This document shows positions 37,303 through 50,273 of a stretch of 64,000 nt of DNA, piece after piece. The notes under the pieces were generated by a model. That model made no database searches. It saw only the letters and a program-made list of their open reading frames with translations, and was not told the DNA's origin. Made by a program: the position numbers and the translations under genes. The stretch spans positions 11,325 through 75,324 of the forward strand of contig METP01000033.1 of NCBI GenBank assembly GCA_001771365.1, in the 5' to 3' direction. Position 1 is the first letter of the stretch; every line of letters starts with the position of its first letter. The DNA comes from a candidate division WOR-1 bacterium RIFCSPLOWO2_02_FULL_46_20 (GTDB taxonomy: Bacteria > Margulisbacteria > WOR-1 > O2-12-FULL-45-9).

Positions 37303-38781
37303 AAGAAAATATTGCCGCTATTTTAAAGAAAAAGATAGAAGATTTTACGGCGGCCAGCCGGCTGGAGGAAGTCGGCTATGTTTTAGAATCAGGGGACGGG
37401 ATCGTGCGGTTAAGCGGCTTACCCTCCGCCATGTCCAACGAAATGATCGAGTTTACCAACAAAACTTATGGCATTGCCTTTAACCTGGAGCGCGAACAGG
37501 TGGTGGCGGTTCTGCTCGGACAGCATACCGCGGTAAAAGAAGGGGATGTTGCCAAATTAACCGGCCGGATCCTGGAAGTCCCGGTCGGAGAAGCGCTCCT
37601 GGGCCGGGTGGTCGGTGCCCTGGGCTTTCCTTTGGACGGCTTGGGAGAGATCAAGACCCAAAAAAGCCGGCCGGTAGAAAAAATCGCTCCCCAAGTTGTT
37701 GACCGCACCCCGGTAAACCAACCGCTGCAAACCGGCTACAAAGCCATCGACGCCTTGATCCCGATCGGCCGCGGCCAAAGAGAATTAATTATCGGTGACC
37801 GCGCTTCCGGCAAAAGCACCATGAGCGTTGATGCCATCCTTAACCAGAAAAACCAAAATGTCTATTGTTTTTACGTGGCGATCGGCCAGAAAGAATCCAA
37901 CATTGTCCAGCTGGTGCAAAAATTGCGGGAACACGGTGCGCTGGATTACACAACGGTGATCTCCGCGCCGGCTTCCGATCCCGCCTCAATGCAGTACCTG
38001 GCGCCTTATGCCGGCTGCGCCATGGCGGAAGAGTTCATGTACAACGGAAAAGACGCGCTGATCATATATGATGACTTAACCAAGCACGCGCAGGCTTACC
38101 GCATGATTTCCCTGCTTTTGCGTCGGCCCCCCGGCCGCGAAGCTTACCCGGGAGATGTCTTTTACCTGCATTCGCGGCTGCTGGAGCGCTCGGCCAAGCT
38201 CTCTCCTAAAGCGGGCGGCGGGTCACTGACCGCCCTGCCTTTGATCGAAACCCAGCTGGGAGACATTACTTCCTACATCCCGACCAACGTGATCTCGATC
38301 ACGGACGGACAAATATTTTTAGAACCGGATTTGTTCAACCAGGGGACGCGGCCGGCGGTAAACGTGGGGATTTCCGTGTCGCGCGTGGGCGGCAACGCCC
38401 AGGTACCGGCCATGCGCAAAATTGCCGGCCGTTTAAGGATCGATCTGGCGCAATACCGGGAGAAAAAATCCTTCGCCCTGTTCGCGGGAGAAGTGGACAA
38501 GGAAACCCTGCGCCAATTAAACCGCGGAGCCATCATTTCTGAAGTTTTGAACCAGGACAAACACCAGACTATGTCGATCGAGGACCAGATCATCGTGATC
38601 TACGCGGCCGTCAACAATTATCTGGATGAAGCACCCTTAAAGCGGATTAAAGAGACGGAAAATCAATTAATAAAATTTGTCCGCGGCGCTATTCCCGAGG
38701 CAGTGCCTAAATTGACCAGCCTGGACCAGGCGACCGAAACTAAATTAAAAAAAGCGCTCCAGTCTTTCGTGGAAAGCCATT

Positions 38782-38798
<17 letters not shown>
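37299..38798 (+). CDS. atpA: F1 alpha subunit
   Basis: PIGRGQRELIIGD, RRPPGREAYPGDVFYLHSRLLER. Confidence 0.97.
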
Positions 38799-41243
<2,445 letters not shown>

Positions 41244-41306
41244 GCTTATGGCTCTGATCGCCGCGACCTCGCTCTTTTTTGAGAACCATCAGATCAGTAT
41301 TTAAGC

Positions 41307-41335
41307 TTGACAAACAATTTATTTCATACTATAGT
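41307..41335 (+). promoter_or_regulatory. sigma70-type promoter of rho
   Basis: TTGACA-N17-TATAGT. Confidence 0.65.
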
Positions 41336-41440
41336 GTATACGTAAACATGTCAGAAATGCCCCAATTTTTAGAATCCTGATGGCGAAAAAAAATCCTAAT
41401 CTCTTAATTCACGATTAAATGCGGCAATAGGAGGAAAATA

Positions 41441-42685
41441 ATGGACATAGTAGAACTCGAGGAAAAAACACTGCCCCAACTGTACGATATCGCCAAGCAA
41501 CTGGAAATCCCCAACCCCCGCCAATTAAAAAAACATGACCTAATTTTCAGGATCCTGGAAAAACAAACGGAGAAAAACGGCTACATGTTTGGCAAAGGGG
41601 TGCTGGAGATTCTCCCTGAAGGTTACGGCTTTCTGCGCACCGTGGGGTATTTGCCCGGCCGGGATGATATCTATGTTTCACAAACCCAGGTGCGAAGATT
41701 TGACATGCAGAACGGCGACATCGTTTCCGGCCAGATCCGCCCGCCAAAAGAGGGGGAAAAATATTACAGCCTCTTAAAGATTGAAGCCATCAGCGGAACT
41801 GACCCGGAGCAAGCCCGCGAACGCGTCCCCTTTGAAAACTTAACCCCCATCTTCCCGGATAAACGCTATACGCTTGAATACCCAAAGTGCCCGATTTCCG
41901 CGCGTTTGATCGATCTTTTGGCGCCTATCGGCATGGGCCAGCGCGCCATGATTGTTTCTCCTCCTAAAGCGGGAAAAACAACGGTACTAAAAAATATTGC
42001 CAACAGTATTACGGAGAATTTTCCCGAATCAATTATCAAAGTTTTACTTGTTGACGAGAGGCCGGAAGAAGTTACCGATATGGCACGATCGGTTAAAGGA
42101 GAGGTTATCGCCTCTACTTTCGACGAACCTCCGGAAAATCATATTAGAGTTGCCGAACTGTTAATTGAATCCTGTAAACGGCTGGTCGAATCAGGGAATG
42201 ATGTGGTGATACTGCTCGACTCGATTACCAGGCTGGCCCGCGCCTACAATCTGGTCACCCCACCCTCCGGCAGAACTCTGTCCGGCGGTCTTGATCCTAC
42301 CTGTTTACATCGCCCCAAAAGATTTTTTGGCGCGGCGCGCAACCTGGAAGACGGCGGCAGCTTAACTATTGTCGCCACGGCGCTGGTTGATACCGGTTCG
42401 CGCATGGATGATATTATTTACGAAGAATTCAAAGGAACCGGCAATATGGAACTCCATCTTAACAGAAAGCTATCCGACCGCAGAGTTTTCCCGGCTATCG
42501 ACGTAAAACTATCCGGCACCCGCAGGGAAGAGCTATTGATAGAAGATAAAGAGCTGAAAAAAATCTGGCTCTTAAGAAAAGTCATGGACAGTTACGACGC
42601 GGCTGAAGGGACAGAACAATTGATCGAACGTTTGAAAGAATTTAAGACCAACAAAGCCTTCATGGAATCGGCCGAAATTAAATAG
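41441..42685 (+). CDS. rho: Transcription termination factor Rho
   Basis: [40 protein letters not shown]. Confidence 0.98.
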   Translation: MDIVELEEKTLPQLYDIAKQLEIPNPRQLKKHDLIFRILEKQTEKNGYMFGKGVLEILPEGYGFLRTVGYLPGRDDIYVSQTQVRRFDMQNGDIVSGQIRPPKEGEKYYSLLKIEAISGTDPEQARERVPFENLTPIFPDKRYTLEYPKCPISARLIDLLAPIGMGQRAMIVSPPKAGKTTVLKNIANSITENFPESIIKVLLVDERPEEVTDMARSVKGEVIASTFDEPPENHIRVAELLIESCKRLVESGNDVVILLDSITRLARAYNLVTPPSGRTLSGGLDPTCLHRPKRFFGAARNLEDGGSLTIVATALVDTGSRMDDIIYEEFKGTGNMELHLNRKLSDRRVFPAIDVKLSGTRREELLIEDKELKKIWLLRKVMDSYDAAEGTEQLIERLKEFKTNKAFMESAEIK

Positions 42686-42688
42686 CCC

Positions 42689-43933
42689 TTGTTTACCTTA
42701 AAAGAAATACTTAAAGTAGTTGGAGGATCGCGAGTTACGGGCTCCGCGTCGCGGCTCTTTACCGGGATTTCTATTGACACCCGCACAATCCAGCCCGGCG
42801 AATTATTTATCCCCGTCAAAGGCAAAAGATTTGACGGGCAAAAATTCATCTCAATAGCCCTGGCCAAAGGGGCCGCTGTTTTAGAAGTAAAAGACGGCCT
42901 CAAAGCGCTCCAAGCTTTGGCGGCCTATCATCGCGGCAAATTCAAGATCCCTGTCATTGGCGTCACCGGGAGCGTTGGTAAAACTACCACCAAAGATATG
43001 CTGGCCGCCATCCTGGCCCAGGAAATGCCCACCTTAAAAAACGAAGAAAATTTTAATAACGAAATTGGCGCCCCCCTCACCCTTTTAAGGCTAAGGAAAA
43101 AACACAAAGTTGCTGTTGTTGAAATGGCCATGCAAGGCCTGGGAGAAATCGCCGCTTTGGCGGAGATTGTCCGGCCAACCATTTCAGTCGTCACAAACAT
43201 TGGCGAAGCCCATCTTGAGTTTTTGAAAACCAAGAAAAATGTTGCCAGAGCAAAATCAGAAATATTTCAATACCAGACACAAAAAGACTTTGCCGTTATC
43301 AATGCCGACGACGAATACTTCGAAAAATTAAGGTCGGATGTCAAATGCCAAAGGTTGAACATTGTCACATTCGGAATCATAGAAAAAGCCAAAGTCACTC
43401 CCGGAGAATTAAAAGGGATCAAGCTCCCTATCGGCGGCGAACACAATATTTATAACGCTTTGGCCGCCATTGCCGCGGCCAAGATATTAAAGATCAAGAA
43501 AAAATCAATAAAACAAGGGCTGGAAATGTTTCGTCCCTCCAGCAACCGTTATGACGTTATTAACCGCCAGGACGGCGTTAAGATTATTAACGATACCTAC
43601 AATGCCAATCCGCAATCCATGACCGCTATGTTAAAAGTTTTAGCCTGGCTGTCCGGCAGAAAAATTGCCGTGCTGGGCGACATGTATGAGCTGGGCCAAC
43701 GCGCTAAACCGGCTCACCGACAAATCGGCAAACTGGCCAGGAAACTTGGTATTGATCTTTTAATTTCTATTGGCAAACTGGCCAAGGATATGAAAGCGGA
43801 TTTTCACTTTGCCGGCAAAACCGCCGCCATCAATAAATTAAAAAAGATCATCCACCCTGGTGACCGCATCCTGGTAAAAGCCTCGCACGGCCTGCACCTC
43901 GAAGAAGTTGTGGAAGCCATCCGGACAATCTGA
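42689..43933 (+). CDS. murF: UDP-MurNAc-tripeptide--D-Ala-D-Ala ligase
   Basis: TGSVGKTTTK, NNEIG, NDTYNANP, LGDMYELG, LVKAS. Confidence 0.95.
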   Translation: MFTLKEILKVVGGSRVTGSASRLFTGISIDTRTIQPGELFIPVKGKRFDGQKFISIALAKGAAVLEVKDGLKALQALAAYHRGKFKIPVIGVTGSVGKTTTKDMLAAILAQEMPTLKNEENFNNEIGAPLTLLRLRKKHKVAVVEMAMQGLGEIAALAEIVRPTISVVTNIGEAHLEFLKTKKNVARAKSEIFQYQTQKDFAVINADDEYFEKLRSDVKCQRLNIVTFGIIEKAKVTPGELKGIKLPIGGEHNIYNALAAIAAAKILKIKKKSIKQGLEMFRPSSNRYDVINRQDGVKIINDTYNANPQSMTAMLKVLAWLSGRKIAVLGDMYELGQRAKPAHRQIGKLARKLGIDLLISIGKLAKDMKADFHFAGKTAAINKLKKIIHPGDRILVKASHGLHLEEVVEAIRTI

Positions 43934-43949
43934 TAGAATAAACTCCTAA

Positions 43950-44033
43950 GCCGGGGTGGTGGAACTGGCAGACACACCAGCTTGAGGTGCTGGCGCCGTT
44001 AAAAGCGTAGGAGTTCAAATCTCCTCCTCGGCA
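43950..44033 (+). tRNA. tRNA-Leu(GAG)
   Basis: GCCGGGG/CCTCGGC acceptor stem, CCAGC-TTGAGGT-GCTGG anticodon arm, GTTCAAAT T loop. Confidence 0.95.
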
Positions 44034-44044
44034 TTATTATTCGC

Positions 44045-44073
44045 TTGACTGACGCAAGTTTATTGGTTAAACT
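44045..44073 (+). promoter_or_regulatory. sigma70-type promoter upstream of the flagellar-type cluster
   Basis: TTGACT-N17-TAAACT with TG extension. Confidence 0.5.
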
Positions 44074-44097
44074 TTCGATTAAATATAAGGAGGGCGC

Positions 44098-44817
44098 GTG
44101 ACAGCTCAAGTTTCTCAAATCCAGCTTCAAGCCCCCGAATTCAGCCTGTTTCAGGATTCTTACGCCTCAAACGCTTCCGACCACTCTTTCCAAAACTACC
44201 TTGAAGAAGAACAAAAACGCTGGGGCCAATTTAATTTTGACTCCTGGTTTAGCTATCCGGTTTTTCAACCAGGCGAAAAAACAAGCGGGAATTATCTCTA
44301 CTCTCCGGAATTAGAGGTCTCCTATCAACTAAACACCAATGAAAACAAAAACCAATCTACCCCGGCAGAAAACCTGCCCTTATCTAATCAGTTGCCAGGC
44401 GACTCATTGATGAAACCAACCCAAACTGTCTTGCGGGAATTACTGCTGAAGTCCGGTTGGCTTATCCCGAACCTGGAAGCCTCGCCTCTTCTCTCTCAAG
44501 CGCAATTAGACGGCAAACTGCTCAATAAACTTGATCTGCAATTTTTAGTTGACCAAATTCTGTCTCAAGTTAAATTAGTCGGGAACAAAGACAAAATTGA
44601 ATTGCTGATGGGATTAAAACCCGAAAACATGGGCGAAATATTTTTGAGCGTAAGTTCACGTTCCGGCTTAATCTCAATTCAAATCCAGGCCACGGAAGAA
44701 ACCAGAAAACTGATAGAAGCTCAACTCCTGGAATTGAAATTAGCCCTCAAAAAGGCTAACATTAACCTGGAAGAAATTAAGATTCTCTCTTCACAGGAGA
44801 TTAATAAACATGTTTAA
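44098..44817 (+). CDS. fliK: Short FliK-like hook-length control protein
   Basis: C-terminal LKPENMGEI...I.A.....L...L.EL..AL pattern. Confidence 0.7.
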   Translation: MTAQVSQIQLQAPEFSLFQDSYASNASDHSFQNYLEEEQKRWGQFNFDSWFSYPVFQPGEKTSGNYLYSPELEVSYQLNTNENKNQSTPAENLPLSNQLPGDSLMKPTQTVLRELLLKSGWLIPNLEASPLLSQAQLDGKLLNKLDLQFLVDQILSQVKLVGNKDKIELLMGLKPENMGEIFLSVSSRSGLISIQIQATEETRKLIEAQLLELKLALKKANINLEEIKILSSQEINKHV

Positions 44818-45607
44818 GATGATCAGTCAGGCGAAAAACGCGATCGAGGCTTACAACCAGGCGCTGGAAGCAACTTCCTCCAACATCGCCAACATGAACG
44901 TAACCGGGTACAAAAGAGTGGATGTTTCTTTTCAATCAATATTTGAAAGAGTTCTTAGCCAGGGAACGGCCGCTAATGGCGGCATGGGAGGGACAAACCC
45001 AAGACAGACCGGCCAGGGTATGGCTCTTTCAACCATTGCCGTTGATTTTTCCGCCGGTGATCTTGTCGCCGGCGCAACAATTGACTTAGCTATTTCCGGA
45101 CAAGGCATGTTTGTTGTTTCTCCTGACGGCGGCAATAGTTATCTATATACCAGAGCCGGGAATTTTGAAATCGACGCCTCCGGCAATCTAACCTCAAATG
45201 GCATGCAAGTTTATGGACTAAACGGAGCCGGGAGCCTGGTGGCTATCTCTTCTCTTCCCTCCGGAAATAAATCGGATTACAGCTGGCAGGCGGACGGCAC
45301 CCTTTTGTATAACGGCACTTCGGCAGGTTATCAAATCGCCCTAACCTATTTCCCTAATCCGGGAGGTCTGGCCCAGGCACGAGGAACCACTTTTGCCGAA
45401 ACCGCCGCCTCAGGCAGCCCGGCAACATCTCAGGCCCCGGGCGGGACTGTTGGCACGGTGTTGGCCGGACAACGCGAACAGTCAAACGTATTTTATCTTA
45501 ATGAAACGATAGAAGCTTTGGAATTGCAGCGGGCCATGAACGGCAACTTAACCATTATCCAGATGGCATCGGAATTGATCTCTAATTTTATTAATAAATT
45601 ATCGTAA
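44810..45607 (+). CDS. Short flagellar hook/rod family protein (FlgE/F/G)
   Basis: NIANMNVTGYK, GGTNPRQTGQG, DLAISGQGMF, YTRAGNF, EQSNV. Confidence 0.85.
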   Translation: MFKMISQAKNAIEAYNQALEATSSNIANMNVTGYKRVDVSFQSIFERVLSQGTAANGGMGGTNPRQTGQGMALSTIAVDFSAGDLVAGATIDLAISGQGMFVVSPDGGNSYLYTRAGNFEIDASGNLTSNGMQVYGLNGAGSLVAISSLPSGNKSDYSWQADGTLLYNGTSAGYQIALTYFPNPGGLAQARGTTFAETAASGSPATSQAPGGTVGTVLAGQREQSNVFYLNETIEALELQRAMNGNLTIIQMASELISNFINKLS

Positions 45608-45618
45608 TAAGTTAAGTA

Positions 45619-46815
45619 ATGGAACAACAAACAAGTAAACCGGAAATTGCCTCCCAAAAGAGAGCTATAAAATTCGCGCCGGCCATTGGCGATTGGACAA
45701 CCTATAAACCTCCAAAAGTATTGGTCAAAAAGGTCAAAAGCGGCCTTTATGGTTTTGATCGTCTCTCCAAAGAAGAATTAAACCGGTTTTTATTTATCCA
45801 TTATTGTTTTACCCAGGAACTTCTTAAACGTTTCAAAAGAGACCTGGGTATGGCCGAAGAGCTCTTTGCTGTCCAGGTTGAACAAACGACCTACTTGAAT
45901 TTTCTCAGGACATTAATCGGACCGGTTGTTCAATGTAAAATCTCGGTCCCTGACCTGCACGAGCCGATCCTGCTCTTTCTCGACATCGCTTTGGCTAACT
46001 CAATCATAAATTACGCTTTGGGGAGTGTGGATCTTGATCCTATTAACCGGAGTTTAACCGAAGCCGAGAAAACAGCCCTGACTACTACCCTATCAGAATA
46101 TTTACCAAGCCTAAGTCTGGCTTTTGACGGTGCCCTGGCCAACCTTTCTTTAACTATTACCGGCTCCCCCGATGTCGTCATAGATCAAACCATTAACCCA
46201 ACATCCACTATGGCTATTTATAGCGCCGAGATCTCTCTGGCCGATAATCCGCCGGCCAGGCTCTTTATTGTTTACCCGGGCCACGCCTTAACAAACCTGC
46301 TGACAAAATTCAAGGAAAAAGAGACCGCTAAGCCCCTGGATTTTTCAAGGTTCCCGGCCACCCTCCTCTCTAAAGTTATGGTTAACACAATCGCCACCCT
46401 GGGAGAAACTTCCCTGACTATGAATAATATTAATGAATTGGCTGTGGGTGACGTCGTTTCCCTGGAAACAGACATTACCTCCCCCCTCCTTACAACTATC
46501 GGCAATATCTTGAAACTTTCCGGTCAACCCGGGCTAAAGAACAAGAAAACCGCAGTCAGGCTGGTCGGCCTCAAAGAAGAGACACAACCGGAAATCGCGC
46601 CGCCCAGGCTGGCCGACGACCGCCCGGAAATAAAAAAGACACCGCCTCCACTACCCTTACCGGAAAGAAAGCCGGCGGAAAGAAAATTTCTACCAACTAT
46701 CCCCCAACCGGCCAAAACACAACCAAAAGATGATATACTGGAAGAGGAAGAAGATACTCTCGACGACTTTTCGGAAGAAGATCTCTCGGACGATTTTCTG
46801 GATGAAGAACTATAA
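45619..46815 (+). CDS. fliM: FliM-like C-ring protein (divergent)
   Basis: VEQTTY..F, RSLTEAE, SPOA domain LAVGDVVSL. Confidence 0.75.
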   Translation: MEQQTSKPEIASQKRAIKFAPAIGDWTTYKPPKVLVKKVKSGLYGFDRLSKEELNRFLFIHYCFTQELLKRFKRDLGMAEELFAVQVEQTTYLNFLRTLIGPVVQCKISVPDLHEPILLFLDIALANSIINYALGSVDLDPINRSLTEAEKTALTTTLSEYLPSLSLAFDGALANLSLTITGSPDVVIDQTINPTSTMAIYSAEISLADNPPARLFIVYPGHALTNLLTKFKEKETAKPLDFSRFPATLLSKVMVNTIATLGETSLTMNNINELAVGDVVSLETDITSPLLTTIGNILKLSGQPGLKNKKTAVRLVGLKEETQPEIAPPRLADDRPEIKKTPPPLPLPERKPAERKFLPTIPQPAKTQPKDDILEEEEDTLDDFSEEDLSDDFLDEEL

Positions 46816-46831
46816 CGGAGGAGGCAAGAAG

Positions 46832-47122
46832 ATGGATGTAAAAAATGTAAAACTGCCGGAATTTGGAGAAGAAGAAAGAGGTGAAAAGATCGAGCAACGG
46901 ACTCTGGGCAACATTCCGGTTCAGGCCACGGTTGAGCTTGGCCAGGCCGAGTTGTCGCTTAGAGATATCCTTGATCTGTCGGAAGGTTCCATTATTGAAC
47001 TCAGTCGCCTGGCGGGAGAACCATTAGACCTGAAAGTCGGCGGGCAACTGATCGCCCAGGGAGAAGTAGTCGCCATTGATGATTCTTATGGGCTGCGTAT
47101 CACCAACGTGGTAATGAAATGA
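46832..47122 (+). CDS. fliN: FliN C-ring protein
   Basis: IPVQATVELG, GSIIEL..LAGEPLD, GEVVAID. Confidence 0.92.
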   Translation: MDVKNVKLPEFGEEERGEKIEQRTLGNIPVQATVELGQAELSLRDILDLSEGSIIELSRLAGEPLDLKVGGQLIAQGEVVAIDDSYGLRITNVVMK

Positions 47123-47442
47123 CTCCCTCGACTTCGCTCGGGACAAGCCCGGAAGTTTTAGCCCTGCAACACACCCCCATCATAACCTTTGGCTACATAA
47201 TGCAGTTACTTATTTCTCTGCTCATAGTTCTGGCTTTAATCTATGTTACCGCCAGGTTCGTCCTGCCCAAACTAAAAACAACCTCTACCGGCAATATAAT
47301 CAAAATACTGGATCGTGTTTATCTGGAGCCGCAAGTTTCCGCTTATGTTTTAAAAGCAGGTAAAGATGCCTGGCTCATCGTTACCAGCAGCAAACAAATC
47401 GCCCGTATCGACAAAATTGATGAAGAAAGCTTAAATAAATGA
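47119..47442 (+). CDS. fliO: FliO-like protein
   Basis: Single TM followed by IKILDRVYL; located between fliN and fliP. Confidence 0.7.
   Translation: MTPSTSLGTSPEVLALQHTPIITFGYIMQLLISLLIVLALIYVTARFVLPKLKTTSTGNIIKILDRVYLEPQVSAYVLKAGKDAWLIVTSSKQIARIDKIDEESLNK
47124..47143. repeat. REP-like imperfect palindrome in the fliO 5' coding region
   Basis: TCCCTCGACTTCGCTCGGGA. Confidence 0.55.
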
Positions 47443-48098
47443 TTGATTTAAATCAGCTCATGGCCTCGCCCCAATTCAGCAGCAGCATCCAATTGATCCT
47501 GGCCATGTCGCTTATTTCGCTGATCCCTTTTTTCCTGATTTCCGTTACCTCTTTTTTAAGAATTATCATTGTCTTTTCTCTGGTCCGAACGGCCATTGGC
47601 ACCCAACAAGTCCCCCCCAGCTCGGTCCTTGTCGGCCTGGCTTTTTTTATGACGGTTTTTATCATGGCCCCTGTCTGGAATGAAACCAACGAAACAGCCG
47701 TGATCCCTTATAATAAACATCAAATGTCCCAGACTAAAGCCATTGAGGTCGGCTTGAAACCCCTGCAACAATTTATGATCAGGCAAACCCGGGAAAAAGA
47801 TTTGGCCCTCTTTGTCCAGTTCTCGCGCTTGAAGACGCCCAAAACCGCGGCTGACGTGCCACTTTACGTTTTGATCCCCTCATTTATGATTTCAGAGCTT
47901 CGAACTTCCTTCCAGATTGGTTTCTTGCTCTTTATCCCTTTTATCATGATCGATTTAATCGTATCCAATATCCTTTTGTCTCTGGGAATGTTTATGCTTT
48001 CTCCCGTAATGGTTTCACTTCCGTTTAAGATACTTTTATTCGTCCTGGCCGACGGTTGGAATTTAATTTCAAGAGGACTCTTAACAAGCTTTAGGTAA
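47439..48098 (+). CDS. fliP: Export gate protein FliP
   Basis: TSFLRIIIV, GTQQVPP, SELRTSFQIG, SLPFKILLFVLADGW. Confidence 0.96.
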   Translation: MIDLNQLMASPQFSSSIQLILAMSLISLIPFFLISVTSFLRIIIVFSLVRTAIGTQQVPPSSVLVGLAFFMTVFIMAPVWNETNETAVIPYNKHQMSQTKAIEVGLKPLQQFMIRQTREKDLALFVQFSRLKTPKTAADVPLYVLIPSFMISELRTSFQIGFLLFIPFIMIDLIVSNILLSLGMFMLSPVMVSLPFKILLFVLADGWNLISRGLLTSFR

Positions 48099-48103
48099 AA
48101 AAT

Positions 48104-48373
48104 ATGAACCAGGACTTCGCCGTACAAATTATACAACAAGCGGTTACAATCATACTTGTGGTCTCGCTGCCCACGGTAGGCGTGGGATTGCTGGTCGGAT
48201 TTATGATCAGTCTTTTCCAGGCCGTTACCCAAATTCAGGAACAGACCCTAACGTTTGTCCCTAAAGTAATCTCGGTGCTCCTGATGTTTGCCTTTACCTC
48301 TCCCTGGATGATATCCATGATGGTAGATTTTACGACGACTCTTTGGAGCACCATTCCAAATATGGCGCGATGA
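48104..48373 (+). CDS. fliQ: Export gate protein FliQ
   Basis: FQAVTQIQEQTLTFVPK. Confidence 0.96.
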   Translation: MNQDFAVQIIQQAVTIILVVSLPTVGVGLLVGFMISLFQAVTQIQEQTLTFVPKVISVLLMFAFTSPWMISMMVDFTTTLWSTIPNMAR

Positions 48374-49143
48374 TAATCAGCGTTCAACAATTAACGGTTT
48401 TTCTCCTCATTCTAGGACGGGTTGCCGGAATATTTCTGCAGGCCCCTATTTTTAATTCCCGCGGTTTGCCTTTTTTTGCCAAAACAGCTCTGGCTATCTG
48501 GCTGACTATAGTCTTATGGTTTGTGGCTCCGGTATATAAATTATTACCCGACAGTATCCTGGCTTTCGTCCTGGCCCTGATCTTTGAAGTGGCTATCGGT
48601 TTTATTATCGGTTTTATATGCAACATTATTTTTATCGCCGTGCAATCCGCCGGTGAAATTGCCGACATGCAAATGGGCCTCTCGGTCGCCACGGCGCTGG
48701 ATCCGATTTTCGGCGCTTCCATCTCAATCATCGGCAGGCTCTCTTTTTTTACCGCCTTGATTATTTTTATCACAGCCAACGGACATCACCTGATCCTGTC
48801 GGCTTTGCAGCAAAGCTTCACCGCCCTGCCCGTGGGTAAACTGGCCAACTTCTCGTCGCCCAAGCTGGCGCTGCAAATAATCGGCTTAGGCTCTACCCTC
48901 TGGCTAACGGCTATCCAACTGTCCGCGCCGATAGTGCTTTTGATCTTTTTGTCTGATTTTACTTTTGGCATTGTTTCGCGCGTGGCCCCTCAGGTCAATG
49001 TTTTTATGCTCGGGTTTCAGGTTAAGCCGCTTTTGGGGCTATTTGGTTTTATGATGGCGTTCCCCTTTATGGTTAAGTATATAAACAGGCTATTGGAATT
49101 TATGAGCCAGCAGATTATTTTGCTGGCCAACAGCATAAAGTAA
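48370..49143 (+). CDS. fliR: Export gate protein FliR
   Basis: AGEIADMQMGLS, NGHH, RVAPQVNVF. Confidence 0.95.
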   Translation: MIISVQQLTVFLLILGRVAGIFLQAPIFNSRGLPFFAKTALAIWLTIVLWFVAPVYKLLPDSILAFVLALIFEVAIGFIIGFICNIIFIAVQSAGEIADMQMGLSVATALDPIFGASISIIGRLSFFTALIIFITANGHHLILSALQQSFTALPVGKLANFSSPKLALQIIGLGSTLWLTAIQLSAPIVLLIFLSDFTFGIVSRVAPQVNVFMLGFQVKPLLGLFGFMMAFPFMVKYINRLLEFMSQQIILLANSIK

Positions 49144-49152
49144 GGGGTAAAA

Positions 49153-50256
49153 ATGGGGGAACAGGGCGGGGATAAATCGGAAGAACCGACGCCACATAGA
49201 TTACGAGAGGCCCGACAAAAAGGACAGGTGGCCAAAAGCCGAGAAATCACGGTGGCTTTTGTTTTACTGCTCTCCTATGTCCTATTCAAATACCTGGGTG
49301 AGTTCATGTGGTTAAACTTAGCCGCTTCGGCTCGCGCCGTCTTCCTGCTTATTCCGGAAGCGCTTAATTTTGATCTTTCTCTGGTGGCCTATGTGCTCTT
49401 GCTGGCGGCGCGAGGCATGGCCTTTGCCGTGCTGCCTATTTTCGGCATCGTTTTTCTCTCCACCTTTATCGCCGAAGCCATGCAAACGGGTTTTGTCGTT
49501 TCGGCCGATCCCCTTGCCCCAAAGATTGAACGCATCAACCCCCTTGAAGGATTAAAAAAAATGTTCGGAATGCAGGGTTTTATAGAATTGATAAAATCAC
49601 TCATAAAAATCACAATTGTTTTTTATATCGCCTGGCAGGCAGGCAAAGACGACTTCCCTTATATTATTATTTTGTCAGAGGCGCATCCCTGGGAGACCAT
49701 TGTCCTGGGTGGTTCCATTGCTTACAAAATTGCCGTCCGCGTGGGTCTATTCTACATCATAGTGGCTATTCTCGATTATTTTTATCGCCGCTGGGAATAC
49801 ATGAAAAATTTAAAAATGACCAAACAAGAGATCAAAGAAGAATATAAACGCCTCGAAGGGGACCCCATGGTTAAACAAAGGATGCGTGATCTCCAACGAC
49901 AGGCGGCGCATCAAAGAATGATGGGAGCAGTGCCTCAAGCCGATGTTGTTGTTACCAACCCCACCCATCTTGCCGTGGCTTTAAAATATAAAGCCGGGGA
50001 GATGAAAGCTCCAAAATTGCTGGCCAAAGGTGAGAGAAAAATCGCCGAAGAAATCCGGCGTATTGCCGAACAGCATGAGATATCCATTGTGGAGAATGAA
50101 CCTTTGGCTCGTTCTATCTACCGCACCACCGGAGTCAACCAGGGGGTTCCGCCGGAACTTTACCAGGCAATAGCCGAAGTTCTGGCTTATGTGTATAAAA
50201 TTAAAAAGGACAGAGAAGCGAGGCAGAAAGGGTCGATTGCTTTGGCTCCTCGCTAG
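49153..50256 (+). CDS. flhB: Export switch protein FlhB
   Basis: KSEEPTPHRL, EGDP, NPTH autocleavage motif. Confidence 0.96.
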   Translation: MGEQGGDKSEEPTPHRLREARQKGQVAKSREITVAFVLLLSYVLFKYLGEFMWLNLAASARAVFLLIPEALNFDLSLVAYVLLLAARGMAFAVLPIFGIVFLSTFIAEAMQTGFVVSADPLAPKIERINPLEGLKKMFGMQGFIELIKSLIKITIVFYIAWQAGKDDFPYIIILSEAHPWETIVLGGSIAYKIAVRVGLFYIIVAILDYFYRRWEYMKNLKMTKQEIKEEYKRLEGDPMVKQRMRDLQRQAAHQRMMGAVPQADVVVTNPTHLAVALKYKAGEMKAPKLLAKGERKIAEEIRRIAEQHEISIVENEPLARSIYRTTGVNQGVPPELYQAIAEVLAYVYKIKKDREARQKGSIALAPR

Positions 50257-50273
50257 GGGTATAATCTAAACAA

